Program-made: the position numbers and the translations under genes | The notes under the pieces: generated by a model | What the model saw: the letters and a program-made list of their open reading frames with translations, nothing else | What the model was told of the DNA's origin: nothing | The model's database searches: none | Shown here: positions 9,644 through 19,050 of the stretch, one piece after another | How the letters are laid out: the number at the start of each line of letters is the position of its first letter | Numbering within the stretch: position 1 is the first letter of the stretch | DNA from: Armatimonadota bacterium | GTDB taxonomy: Bacteria; Sysuimicrobiota; Sysuimicrobiia; Sysuimicrobiales; Humicultoraceae | Length of the DNA stretch: 34,063 nucleotides | Assembly (NCBI GenBank): GCA_037443365.1 | Contig: JBBIOM010000021.1 | Span: 1-34,063, forward strand | Direction of reading: 5' to 3'

Positions 9644-9672
9644 AGTGAGTTGAGATTCCAGCACTGCCTTGT

Positions 9673-11319
9673 CTACTCTATCCACCACTTGTAGGCGTCG
9701 CGGATGAGGGTGGAACCCGACTGCGTCGAGGCGGGCAGCCCCTTGATCCGCCTGTTGAAGATGATGAACCAGTCCCAGTACATGATGTGGAGGAACGGGA
9801 CCTCCTCGGCGACGATCTTCTGGACCTCGCTGTAGATCTTCTTGCGCTTGGCAGGGTCTACCTCGCGCAGCCCGGCGGGCAGCAACTCCTCGACCCGCTG
9901 GTTCTTGAAGCGCGAGAAGTTGCGCGCCGCGCCCACGCGCAGGGTGGCCGACGGGTCGGGCTCGCCCCCGCCTGCGTTGTAGGTCCAGTTGAACAGCGAG
10001 GCATCCATCTCGCCCTTGGGAAGCTGGGCAAGGATGGTGGCGACGGGCCGCTCCACGATGCGCATGTCGATTCCCACGGCTGCCAGTTCCTGCTGGGCGA
10101 TCTCGGCCTGCGGGCGGCGCGCCCGGTCGCCGGTGATCACGGCGCAGGTGAACGTGCAGCGCTGCCCGTCCTTCACGCGGACGCCGCCCGGCCCCATCCG
10201 CCAGCCGGCCTCCTCCAGGAGCGCCCTGGCGCGGTCGGGGCTGTAGGGGTACTGCTTGACGCCCTTCTCGTACCAGTACGCCAGCGCGGGCGGGAAGATG
10301 GAGTGCGCGATTATCGCCGTGCCCCGGAAGACGTCGTCAATCATGCGCTGGCGATCGATCGCGTGCATCATCGCCTGACGCACGCGCTTGTCCGAGAGTA
10401 TGGGGTGTTCGTTGTTGAGCGGGAAGTGGTTGACCGCCAGGCTCGAGGTGCGGAACACGGTGTAGCCCGGCTCGGCCTCGAAGCGCAGGTTGTCCTCCGA
10501 CAGCAGGGGCCAGGCGGACGTGTCGGCGGTTCCTGTGCGCAGCGCGATCGCGCGCACCGATGGGTCGGGTACGACGTCCTGCCGGACGAAGTCGGCGTTG
10601 GGCCTGCCCCGAAAGTGCTGATCGAACGCCTCGACGACCGTGAACTCCGCGGGCCGCCACTCCTTGAGACGAAACGCGCCGGTTCCAATCGGGGCGGCCT
10701 TGTAGGCCTTCTCCCCTATGCGGCTGTGGTAGCGGGCGGGCACGATGAAGACCGTCGCCGCCTGCCGCAGGAAGGCGGCGTTGGGCTCTTTCATCTTGAC
10801 CACGACCGTGTACTTGTCAGGGGTCTCCACCTTGTCCACGGCCTTGAACAGGACGCCCTGGATCGTCGCGTTGTCGGGGTTCATGTGGAACTCATAGGTG
10901 TACTTGACGTCGTCGGCGGTGAATTCGCTGCCGTCGTGGAACTTCACGCCCTTGCGCAGGGTGAACGTGTACTTCAACCCGTCCTTCGCCGCCAGGTAGT
11001 TCGAGGCAAGGACGCGCTCAATGACGAAGTTGTCGTTGACCTCGACCAGCGCGTTGTGGATCTGCGTGATTATGTTCCACTGCATCGTGGGACCGATGTC
11101 GTCGGGGCTCAGGCTGGCCACCTCCTGGTGGCTCAGAATGCGGATAGTCCCGCCGCGCCTAGCGCTAGGCCCCGCGGTCACGATGGCGGGGTTCTTGATG
11201 AGCATTGCCTGCGCGGCGGCCGCGGTGATGCCCATCGCGGCTGCCCGTTTGAGGAACTCACGCCGCGTCGAGGGACTCAGCCCGCGCAGCATCTGATCCA
11301 GATCGCGTTCGCCGCTCAT
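9673..11319 (-). CDS. ABC substrate-binding protein, family 5, Tat-exported
   Basis: Twin-arginine signal STRREFLK. Motifs LRKGVKFHDGSEFTADDV, PIGTGAF and DKRVRQAM. Confidence 0.95.
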   Translation of the reverse strand: MSGERDLDQMLRGLSPSTRREFLKRAAAMGITAAAAQAMLIKNPAIVTAGPSARRGGTIRILSHQEVASLSPDDIGPTMQWNIITQIHNALVEVNDNFVIERVLASNYLAAKDGLKYTFTLRKGVKFHDGSEFTADDVKYTYEFHMNPDNATIQGVLFKAVDKVETPDKYTVVVKMKEPNAAFLRQAATVFIVPARYHSRIGEKAYKAAPIGTGAFRLKEWRPAEFTVVEAFDQHFRGRPNADFVRQDVVPDPSVRAIALRTGTADTSAWPLLSEDNLRFEAEPGYTVFRTSSLAVNHFPLNNEHPILSDKRVRQAMMHAIDRQRMIDDVFRGTAIIAHSIFPPALAYWYEKGVKQYPYSPDRARALLEEAGWRMGPGGVRVKDGQRCTFTCAVITGDRARRPQAEIAQQELAAVGIDMRIVERPVATILAQLPKGEMDASLFNWTYNAGGGEPDPSATLRVGAARNFSRFKNQRVEELLPAGLREVDPAKRKKIYSEVQKIVAEEVPFLHIMYWDWFIIFNRRIKGLPASTQSGSTLIRDAYKWWIE

Positions 11320-11353
11320 ACCCGACCCTCCCCTGCCGATTGGTGATGGCTCG

Positions 11354-11369
11354 TTTGAATCGTTTAAAT
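11354..11369. promoter_or_regulatory. Putative LacI-family operator (TTGAATCGTTTAAA)
   Basis: AT-rich imperfect palindrome with an AAnCGnTT core, about 35-50 bp upstream of the SBP start. Confidence 0.4.
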
Positions 11370-11425
11370 ATTGTTACTTCGGTGCCAGGCGCCGCCTTCC
11401 TGCGGGACACAGAGCCCGTCGCGCG

Positions 11426-11455
11426 TTGCTCGGTGCACAGGCGCCATGCTATACT
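11426..11455 (+). promoter_or_regulatory. Sigma70-type promoter of the T-box leader
   Basis: TTGCTC-18bp-TATACT with an extended TG. Confidence 0.7.
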
Positions 11456-11471
11456 GCGAGTCAATCTCATA

Positions 11472-11788
11472 GGCCGATGACCGGGATGAGTACCCGCCAA
11501 CGGCGGTTCCCGAAAGGGCACCGGCAGTGCCGCCAGGGCGCTGCCGGGGATAGAGAGCCGCGCACAGGTGGAAGCGCGGCAACCACGCAGCGGCGAATGG
11601 GCCCGGGAGGCATGGAGCGAAGGCCCTCGATGCCGTAGCTTCATCGGTTGCTCCGCCGAGACCGGAGCGAGAGTGCCGCGCCGCGGCGCCGCGGGGTGAG
11701 TCAACCCCCGCCCGCAGGAGGCGCGGAACCCGGGTGGCACCGCGGGAGCGCACCTCTCGTCCCCAGTGGGCGAGGGGTGTTTGTGTTC
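11472..11788 (+). ncRNA. T-box riboswitch, Trp specifier
   Basis: GATGA, AGTA (11489), AGAGAG (11552), GGTGGAA loop, specifier gaaTGG (11598-11600), T-box AACCCGGGTGGCACCGCG (11727-11744). The terminator hairpin at 11751-11779 is followed by a T-rich tract. Confidence 0.92.
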
Positions 11789-11819
11789 GTGTTGGGCTCG
11801 TGATCCTGGAGGCGACGGC

Positions 11820-12839
11820 ATGATCGTTGTCATGGAGCCAGGCGCCAGCGAACGCCACGTGCAGGCCGTGATCGAGAAGGTTCGCGGCGCTGGCCTCGCC
11901 ACGCATGTCTCGATCGGTGTATCGCGCACGGTCATCGGCGTGGTCGGTGACGACCGCACCAAGGAGATCCTGCGCGAGTCGCTCGAGGTGGCTCCGGGCG
12001 TCGAGCGCGTGGTGGCGATCCTCCAGCCGTACAAGCTGGTGAGCCGGGAGTTCATCCCGCACGATACCGTCGTGACCGTGGGAGGACGGCCGATAGGCGG
12101 CCCCCGCGTGGCCGTGGTCGCCGGCCCATGCTCGGTGGAGAGCCGAGAGCAGATACTGGCGGCCGCCGACGGCGTCAAGGCATCCGGCGCAACGCTCCTC
12201 CGGGGCGGCGCGTTCAAGCCCAGGACCTCGCCCTACTCGTTTGGGGGCTTAGAAGAAGAAGGGCTACGCCTGCTCGCCGAGGCACGTGACCGCACCGGTC
12301 TTCCGGTTGTCACGGAGGCCATGGATGCCGCGCAGCTCGAGCTCGTTGTGCGCTACGCCGACATGATCCAGATCGGAGCGCGCAACATGCAGAACTACAC
12401 CCTGCTGCGCGAGGCCGGACGCGCCCGGCTGCCGGTGCTGCTCAAGCGCGGCGTGAGCGCCACGATCGAGGAGCTGCTGATGGCCGCCGAGTACATCCTC
12501 AGCGAGGGCAACTACCAGGTCGTGCTGTGCGAGCGCGGCATCCGCGGATTCGACGGCCACACCCGATACACGCTCGATCTCTCCGCGGTGCCAGTGCTCA
12601 AGCAGCTTTCGCACCTGCCGGTTCTGGTGGACCCGAGCCACGGAACCGGGAAGTGGCGCCTCGTGGCGCCGATGGCGCGGGCCGCGGTGGCCGCGGGCGC
12701 CGACGGCCTGATGGTCGAGGTGCACCCGGATCCCGCCAACGCGCTGAGCGACGGCCCGCAGTCGCTGAATCTGGACAACTTCGCCGGCCTGATGGCGTCG
12801 CTGCGGCCCATCGCCGGCGCCCTGGGCCGGGAGATGTAG
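11820..12839 (+). CDS. aroF: DAHP synthase type I-beta with N-terminal regulatory (ACT/ferredoxin-like) domain
   Basis: Motifs [37 protein letters not shown] and SDGPQSL. Start refined to ATG 11820 behind GGAGG. Confidence 0.95.
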   Translation: MIVVMEPGASERHVQAVIEKVRGAGLATHVSIGVSRTVIGVVGDDRTKEILRESLEVAPGVERVVAILQPYKLVSREFIPHDTVVTVGGRPIGGPRVAVVAGPCSVESREQILAAADGVKASGATLLRGGAFKPRTSPYSFGGLEEEGLRLLAEARDRTGLPVVTEAMDAAQLELVVRYADMIQIGARNMQNYTLLREAGRARLPVLLKRGVSATIEELLMAAEYILSEGNYQVVLCERGIRGFDGHTRYTLDLSAVPVLKQLSHLPVLVDPSHGTGKWRLVAPMARAAVAAGADGLMVEVHPDPANALSDGPQSLNLDNFAGLMASLRPIAGALGREM

Positions 12840-12841
12840 CC

Positions 12842-13672
12842 GTGGAAGGGCCGGACGCGACGCACGTCGCGCCTCCCCGCGTGGCGGCCGTTGTTGGCCT
12901 GGGGCTGATCGGCGGATCGCTGGGCCTTCGGCTTCGCGAGATCGGCGTGCGCGTGCTCGGTGTAGACTCGGATCCCGACGCGCTGGCCCTGGCCGCACAC
13001 CGCGGCGCGATTGACGCCGGCAGCACGGACCTCGACTGCGTGGGGGAGGCCGACCTCGTGATCGTAGCGACGCCGATCGATCAGGTGGCCGCAACCGTGA
13101 TCGCCGCCGCTCGGCGCACCCGCCGCGACGCCCTGATCACGGACGTTGGGAGCGTGAAGGCGCCGATCGTGGAGGCCGTGGAGGCGGCACTGCCGGCAGG
13201 CGCAAGGTTCGTGGGCGGGCACCCAATGGCAGGAAGCGAGGGGCAGGGGATGGCCGCGGCCGACGCCGGCCTGCTGGACGGGCGGCCCTTCATCCTGACG
13301 CCCACCGCGCGCACGGTGCCCGAGGCGGTGGCGACGATGCAGACGATCGTTGCGCGCCTCGGTATGCGCCCGGTGCTGCTCGATCCCGCGGCGCACGACG
13401 AGATGGCGGCGCAGATCAGCCACCTGCCGTACCTGGTGAGCCTGGCGCTCTGCCGCGCGGTTGCAGGCGACGCCCGCGCGATCGCCGGCCCGGCCTACGC
13501 CGCGATGACGCGCGTCGCGAGCAGCCCCTCCCAGATGTGGGCCGCGATCTGCCAGGCCAACCGGGCCGCGATCCTTCGGGCGCTGACGCGCTACGAAATC
13601 GAGCTGGCGCGGCTGCGCCGGGGCATCGAAGCCGGGACGTCCGACGAAACGTTGGGAGGAGAACCGCCATGA
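12842..13672 (+). CDS. tyrA: Prephenate/arogenate dehydrogenase
   Basis: Motifs [25 protein letters not shown] and HD...SHLP. Start refined to GTG 12842. Confidence 0.9.
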   Translation: MEGPDATHVAPPRVAAVVGLGLIGGSLGLRLREIGVRVLGVDSDPDALALAAHRGAIDAGSTDLDCVGEADLVIVATPIDQVAATVIAAARRTRRDALITDVGSVKAPIVEAVEAALPAGARFVGGHPMAGSEGQGMAAADAGLLDGRPFILTPTARTVPEAVATMQTIVARLGMRPVLLDPAAHDEMAAQISHLPYLVSLALCRAVAGDARAIAGPAYAAMTRVASSPSQMWAAICQANRAAILRALTRYEIELARLRRGIEAGTSDETLGGEPP

Positions 13673-14667
13673 AGAAGGGACGCCTGCTGACCGGGGATCG
13701 CCCCACCGGGAAGCTCCACCTGGGGCACTACGTCGGCACGCTGGCCAACCGCGTCCGGCTGCAGGACGAGTACGACTGCTTCTTCCTGCTCGCCGACTAC
13801 CACATCCTGACCACGCGCCTGGATCACCTCGAGGAGATCGAGGAGAACATCCGTGAGATAGTGCTCGACTATCTCAGCGTGGGCATTGATCCTGCGCGGT
13901 CCACGGTCGTCCTGCAATCGGCGGTCCCGCAGATCCCGGAGCTGCAGTTGCTGTTCTCGATGCTGGTGACGGTGCCCCGGTTGCGACGTGTGCCCACGCT
14001 GAAGGAGCAGATGCACGATCTCCACATCGCCCAGCCCTCGGCCGGCCTGCTCGGGTACCCGGTGTTGCAGGCGGCGGATATCCTGTGCGTGCGGGGAGAG
14101 ATTGTCCCCGTGGGCAAGGATCAGTCGTCGCACCTTGAACTCACCCGCGAGATCGCGCGGCGGTTCAACGAGCAGTTCGGACCGGTCTTCCCCGAGCCCG
14201 AGACCCTGATCGGCGAGGTCGGCACACTGCCGGGCACCGACGGCAAGGCCAAGATGAGCAAGTCGCTGGGCAACGTGATCTACCTCTCGGACGCCCCCGA
14301 CTCGGTGAGCCAGAAAGTGATGAGCATGTACACCGATCCCAAGCGCATCCACCCCACTGATCCGGGCACGGTGGAAGGCAATCCGGTGTTCGTGTATCAC
14401 GACGCGTTCAACGCCGACCGGGCCGAGGTTGAAGAACTGAAGGAGCGCTACCGCGCCGGGCGCGTCGGTGATGTCGAGGTGAAGAAGCGGCTCGTCCGCG
14501 CGCTTGGCGCCTTCCTCGAACCTATCCGGGAGCGGAGGGCCGGCTTCGCCGCCCGCCCCGGGATGGTCACGGAGGTTATCATGGAGGGGAGCCGGCGCGC
14601 TAGGGCCGAGGCGCAAGAGACGCTCGATCGCGCGCGCACGGCGATGAAGATGGCGTACTACCGCTGA
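13669..14667 (+). CDS. trpS: Tryptophanyl-tRNA synthetase
   Basis: [13 protein letters not shown] (HIGH), [17 protein letters not shown] and KMSKS. ATGA overlap with tyrA. Confidence 0.96.
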   Translation: MKKGRLLTGDRPTGKLHLGHYVGTLANRVRLQDEYDCFFLLADYHILTTRLDHLEEIEENIREIVLDYLSVGIDPARSTVVLQSAVPQIPELQLLFSMLVTVPRLRRVPTLKEQMHDLHIAQPSAGLLGYPVLQAADILCVRGEIVPVGKDQSSHLELTREIARRFNEQFGPVFPEPETLIGEVGTLPGTDGKAKMSKSLGNVIYLSDAPDSVSQKVMSMYTDPKRIHPTDPGTVEGNPVFVYHDAFNADRAEVEELKERYRAGRVGDVEVKKRLVRALGAFLEPIRERRAGFAARPGMVTEVIMEGSRRARAEAQETLDRARTAMKMAYYR

Positions 14668-15167
14668 TGGGGGTCCTGGCGCCACGCACGCATCCGGATG
14701 GGCCCGCGGCGATCTATCTGCGGACCCTCTGCTTCGTCTTCTGCGGCGACGACGTGCTCCTTATCCGCCGCCGGCACGAGCCCGACGCCGGCCTGTGGAA
14801 CGCCCTGGGCGGCAAGATAGACCGGGGAGAGGATCCCCTCGACGCCGCGCGGCGCGAACTGCGGGAGGAGGCGGGAATCGCGCCCGAGCTGGACTTCCGC
14901 GGGGTCGCCACCGTGGTCGTGCGCTCCACGGGCGAGCACTGGGTGATCTTCCTGTTCTCGGCATGCGTGGAGGACCGCGTCGTTGCGCCGTCTTGCGAAG
15001 GGCCGCTGCGATGGGTCCCGCCACAGGGGCTGACCGCCATCCCAGTGCTTCCCGACATCCCACTCCTGCTGCCGCGAATCAGGGATGCGCTTCGCCCGGT
15101 GGTGCTGGCCAAGTTCGTTTACTCGATCCCGGATGCGGGCGCTCTGGAATCCGCGGAGATAAGGTGA
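14667..15167 (+). CDS. NUDIX hydrolase (MutT/MTH1-like)
   Basis: WNALGGK plus the full Nudix box GEDPLDAARRELREEAGI and EG.L.W. TGATG coupling to trpS. Confidence 0.88.
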   Translation: MGVLAPRTHPDGPAAIYLRTLCFVFCGDDVLLIRRRHEPDAGLWNALGGKIDRGEDPLDAARRELREEAGIAPELDFRGVATVVVRSTGEHWVIFLFSACVEDRVVAPSCEGPLRWVPPQGLTAIPVLPDIPLLLPRIRDALRPVVLAKFVYSIPDAGALESAEIR

Positions 15168-15174
15168 TCCCCTG

Positions 15175-15792
15175 ATGGGTGCGGATGAGGAGATCCTGGT
15201 CGTTCCCCGCGCGGACCTGTTCTACCAGGGCCCGTTCCGAGGCATGACCGCCGACGGCCTAGACGGATACCTGAATCGTGTGCGCCGCTTCGGCATCTTC
15301 AGGCGCAGGGGTGATGTCGAGGACGACCCATCGCACAAGCAGATCATCCCCTACCTGCTGGTCAAGGGCGCGGGGCGCTACATGCTCTTCCAGCGCACGC
15401 GGTCCGGGGACGAAGGCCGGCTGCATGGCCTCTACTCCGTAGGCGTGGGAGGGCACGTCGCCAAGGCCGACCTGAGCGAGGTCGCCGGCGCGGCAGCCCG
15501 CGTGGATGCCGCCGTGGCCGCGGGCCTGCGGCGCGAACTGGACGAGGAGTTGATAGCAGACGGCCCCTGGACCGCACGGCTGGTGGGCGTCCTAAACGAC
15601 GACGAGAACGCGGTCGGGCAGGTACACTTCGGCCTCGTGCACATAGTGGACGTACCGTCCGGCCGCGTGGCCATCCGGGAGACCGACCTGCTCACCGGGC
15701 GCCTGGCCGAGATCGCCGAGGTGCGCGCGAGGTACGCCCAGATGGAGACCTGGTCGCAGCTGGTGCTGGACGCGGGTATCCTCGAGGACTGA
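15175..15792 (+). CDS. NUDIX-like predicted phosphoesterase (COG4112/YmaB-like)
   Basis: Motifs EDDPSHKQIIPY, RLH..SVGVGGH, RELDEEL, VGQVHFG and METWS. Confidence 0.8.
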   Translation: MGADEEILVVPRADLFYQGPFRGMTADGLDGYLNRVRRFGIFRRRGDVEDDPSHKQIIPYLLVKGAGRYMLFQRTRSGDEGRLHGLYSVGVGGHVAKADLSEVAGAAARVDAAVAAGLRRELDEELIADGPWTARLVGVLNDDENAVGQVHFGLVHIVDVPSGRVAIRETDLLTGRLAEIAEVRARYAQMETWSQLVLDAGILED

Positions 15793-15800
15793 CCTGGGCG

Positions 15801-16676
15801 ATGCGCACCGCGCTCATCCCGGTTGCACCGCCCTACGACCTGGCGCGCACCCTATCATGCGGGCAGTGCTTTCGCTGGACGCTGCTCCCGCCGCCCGCGC
15901 ATCCGGCCGCCCTCCCCGGGCCCGGCCTCGTCACCGCGCGCGGAGTCGTCGGTCGGACCGTGACAGAAGTTGCCCAGGCCCCCGGCGGCCTGCGGGCATG
16001 CTGGCATGGGCAAGGCGGATCTCCCGAGCGCCTGGCTCGCCATCTCGGCGTCCGCGAGCCGCTTGGGGAAATCGAGGCCGCGCTGGTGCGCGATCCCGTG
16101 TTGCGACGGGTCCTGCCGTGCACATCGGGCATAGCCATCATGCGCCAGGATCCCTGGGAGTGCCTGGTATCCTACCTGATCTCAGCGTTCAACAACATCC
16201 CCAAGATATGCCTTAGCATCGAGCGCTTGGCGCGCCGGTTCGGCGCTCCGATTCACGCCGCCGGCTGGGCATTTCCTCGCCCGGAGCGGTTGGCCGAGGC
16301 CCGCCTTGCGGCGCTGCGCGCCTGTGCCCTGGGCTACCGCGCCCGGTACGTGCGCGACCTGGCCCGCCTCGTGGCAGACAGGGACGCCGACCTCGAGCGG
16401 ATCGCCGGCCTGCCGCTCGATGCTGCGCGGGCCGCTCTGCTCGATCTCCCAGGCGTCGGCGAGAAGGTCGCCGACTGCGTGCTGCTCTTCGCCTTCGGGC
16501 GGGGCGAGGCGTTCCCGGTGGACGTCTGGGTTCGCCGGGCGGTCGAGCGGTGGTACCTGGACGGCCGGTCGGCGACCCCGGGCGCCGTACGCGCGTGGGC
16601 CAGGGACCGGTTCGGCCCGCTTGCGGGTTACGCCCAGCAGCACTTGTTCATGGGCGCGCGCCTCCTGACGCCGTAA
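15801..16676 (+). CDS. 8-oxoguanine DNA glycosylase/AP lyase (Ogg1-type HhH-GPD)
   Basis: TLSCGQCFRW, QDPWECLVS, LGYRA, HhH LPGVGEKVADC, FPVDVW and AGYAQQHLF. Confidence 0.92.
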   Translation: MRTALIPVAPPYDLARTLSCGQCFRWTLLPPPAHPAALPGPGLVTARGVVGRTVTEVAQAPGGLRACWHGQGGSPERLARHLGVREPLGEIEAALVRDPVLRRVLPCTSGIAIMRQDPWECLVSYLISAFNNIPKICLSIERLARRFGAPIHAAGWAFPRPERLAEARLAALRACALGYRARYVRDLARLVADRDADLERIAGLPLDAARAALLDLPGVGEKVADCVLLFAFGRGEAFPVDVWVRRAVERWYLDGRSATPGAVRAWARDRFGPLAGYAQQHLFMGARLLTP

Positions 16677-16757
16677 GGCCTACCGCGGTGTCATGGAGAA
16701 TGAGACGCTGCAGCCGGGCGCGCATAGTCCGTCCCATGTAGACAGGAGGAAGCGCAG

Positions 16758-17918
16758 TTGGAGACAAGGGCCTTCAGGATCGCCGCCGTCTGCCTCGCCG
16801 TCTTCCTGGCGACTGCCTCTGCCGCCTGCGACAGGAAGGGCACGACGGCCATGTTCGACGCCGAGGTCCTGCGGCAGATAGAGGCCGCGGTAACTGGTAA
16901 CCTGGCTTTCTTCGGAGGGAGGGAGCCAGTGCCCGGGGCCGTGGTGGGGGTGTGGGCTCCTCGCAGGGGGAGCTTCGCCAAGGGCTTCGGCTACGCGGAT
17001 GTCCACGCCAGGAGAGGCATGGATGCGAGAGACAGGTTCCGCGTCGGCAGCAATACAAAGCCCTTCGTCGTCACGGTCCTGCTGCAGCTTGTAGACGAGG
17101 GCAAGCTCAGCCTCGATGACAGGCTCGTCAAGTTTGACCTGGGCGTGGATGTCCCAGGGTCCGAGAAGATCACGGTGCGCCAGCTATGCAACATGACGAG
17201 CGGTCTCTTCGATGTCTACCACGCGCCGCAGCTTGATAAGATGCCGATCACCCCCCACGCGAGGATGGATCCACGGCGGCTGGTGACGCTCGCAGTCAGC
17301 AATCCCCCGCGGTTCTCACCCGGGGAGCCGGGGAAGTACTACTATACAAACACGGGCTACCTTCTGCTGGGCTTGATCATCGAGGCGGTCACCGGCAACC
17401 GCGTCGAGAACGAGATAAGGGACCGCCTGCTCCTGCCCCTTGCGCTGCGCAGCACGATCTATCCGGTCAACGATCCTCGCATGCCCGAACCCCACAGCCG
17501 CGGCTACACGCTTGGCCCGGACCGCGCCTGGCAGGACCAGACCGTGCTGTTCCACCCTTCGGTCGCCGGGGCGGCAGGCGTGATGATATCGAACATGGAG
17601 GACATGAGGAAGTGGGTCAAGGCCTACGTGACAGGCAGCACCAACAGCGCGGCGAGCCAGAAGGAGCGCCTGACGTGCGTTGACACGGGCAGCCCGAACC
17701 TCGGGTTCGGGCTGGGGATCGGATGCACGGGCGGATGGTTCGGCTACACCGGCGGGATACCCGGGTACAACACGGCCGCCTACTACCTGCCGGCCGAGGA
17801 CGCCACGATCATTGCCTTCGTGAACAGCCAGAGGGAGAAGCCGGCGCCGGGCGTCGCCAACTCCATTGTGAGAGACATCACCAGGGCAGTCTTTCCGAAG
17901 AACGTCGCCTTCTACTGA
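16758..17918 (+). CDS. Secreted serine hydrolase (beta-lactamase class C / D-peptidase family)
   Basis: SxxK (GSNTK), YxN (YTN), LCNMTSG and GYTGG. Signal peptide. TTG start behind AGGAGG. Confidence 0.88.
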   Translation: METRAFRIAAVCLAVFLATASAACDRKGTTAMFDAEVLRQIEAAVTGNLAFFGGREPVPGAVVGVWAPRRGSFAKGFGYADVHARRGMDARDRFRVGSNTKPFVVTVLLQLVDEGKLSLDDRLVKFDLGVDVPGSEKITVRQLCNMTSGLFDVYHAPQLDKMPITPHARMDPRRLVTLAVSNPPRFSPGEPGKYYYTNTGYLLLGLIIEAVTGNRVENEIRDRLLLPLALRSTIYPVNDPRMPEPHSRGYTLGPDRAWQDQTVLFHPSVAGAAGVMISNMEDMRKWVKAYVTGSTNSAASQKERLTCVDTGSPNLGFGLGIGCTGGWFGYTGGIPGYNTAAYYLPAEDATIIAFVNSQREKPAPGVANSIVRDITRAVFPKNVAFY

Positions 17919-17953
17919 TGCGGCCGCGCCCCTGCGGCGCGCCGGGATTCCGC

Positions 17954-19009
17954 CTAGGAGGCGCGCGTTACCTCGATCGGCGCCCCGCCCGGCGCGGTGA
18001 TCTCCCCGATTTGCGCGATGGTCCCCACGCCGCGCGAACGCAGCGCCTCCTCCAGCGCACCCGCCTTCGCTGGAGGGACCGCTATCAGCAGCCCGCCCGA
18101 GGTCTGCGCGTCGGCCAGCAAGACCCTCGTGATCTCATCGATGTCCGCATCCCAGACGACCTTGTCCGCCAGCCACTCGAGGTTTCGCGCCGTACCTCCG
18201 GCCACGGCTCCCTGCTCGGCCAGTTCGCGCGCGCCGTCCAGGATCGGCACCGCGCGCGCCCGTACTCGGGCGCCCGCACCGCTGGCCTCTACCATCTCGT
18301 GCAGGTGCCCCAGCAGCCCGAAGCCGGTGACGTCCGTGCATGCATGGGCGCCGGCCTCCAGCATGGCCTCGGACGCGGCGCTGTTGAGCGCCCCCATCAC
18401 CCGCACGGCCTCCGCCGCAACCCCTGGCGGCGTCTTCTCCTGCTTGATGCCCGTTGTAATGACGCCCAGCCCGAGCGGCTTGGTCAGGTACAGCAGGTCG
18501 CCTGGCCGCGCCCCAGCGTTGGATACGAACCTCGCCGGGTGCACCAGCCCGGTGACCGCCAGCCCGTACTTGGGCTCGGGGTCGTCAATCGTGTGCCCGC
18601 CCACTATCAGTACGCCTGCCTCGGCGGCCTTGTCGGCCCCGCCGCGGAGAATCTCGGCCAGGATCTCGAGCGGTAGCCTGCGGGGGAACGCCGCGACGTT
18701 GAGCGCAAGCAGCGGCCGCCCGCCCTTGGCATAGACGTCCGAGAACGCGTTGGCGGCGGCGATGAGGCCGTAGTGGTACGGGTCGTCCACCACGGGCGTG
18801 AAGATGTCCACGGTCAGCACCAGCGCGACCTCATCGGACAGCCTGTAGATCGCCGCGTCATCGCCCGTGTCGTACCCGACCAGCAGGTCGGGGTCGCTTC
18901 CAGGTTTCATGAGGCGCAGCACGTGCGCCAGGTCGCCCGGCGAGAGCTTGGACGCTCAGCCGGCGCAGGCGACCAGCGACGTGAGCCGAACGCGCTCACG
19001 CTCTGTCAC
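17954..19009 (-). CDS. selD: Selenide, water dikinase, selenocysteine-containing (Sec18)
   Basis: Motifs DDAAIY, DIFTPVVDDPY, NAFSDVYAKGG, GGHTIDD and DAQTSGGLL. Upstream of the called ORF the frame continues MTERERVRLTSLVACAG-TGA-ASKLSPGDL from GTG 19009, with TGA at 18956-18958. Confidence 0.95.
18926..18942 (-). promoter_or_regulatory. Putative bacterial SECIS hairpin
   Basis: CGCCGG-GCGAC-CTGGCG starts 13 nt after the UGA. The apical loop begins with G about 20 nt from the UGA. Confidence 0.65.
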
Positions 19010-19037
19010 GGCGGCACCCCCCTTCTGGTTCTTCAGG

Positions 19038-19044
19038 TATTATA
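19038..19044. promoter_or_regulatory. Overlapping divergent -10 elements (TATTAT on plus, TATAAT on minus)
   Basis: The only AT patch in the 41-bp selD/archease gap. Confidence 0.55.
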
Positions 19045-19050
19045 TCCACA

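Noticed and set aside
3366..11346. Long antisense ORFs (e.g. 3366-4361 +, 5021-6331 -, 6627-8546 -, 9787-11346 +)
   Set aside because: Shadow frames of well-supported genes in high-GC DNA, with no recognisable motifs.
11258..12217. ORFs crossing the first T-box leader, and the 5' extension of aroF to 11766
   Set aside because: The region is explained by the promoter, T-box and terminator; the RBS supports ATG 11820.
16676..16757. Possible ECF promoter upstream of the serine hydrolase
   Set aside because: The match (TGCAGC...CGTC) is too weak to support.
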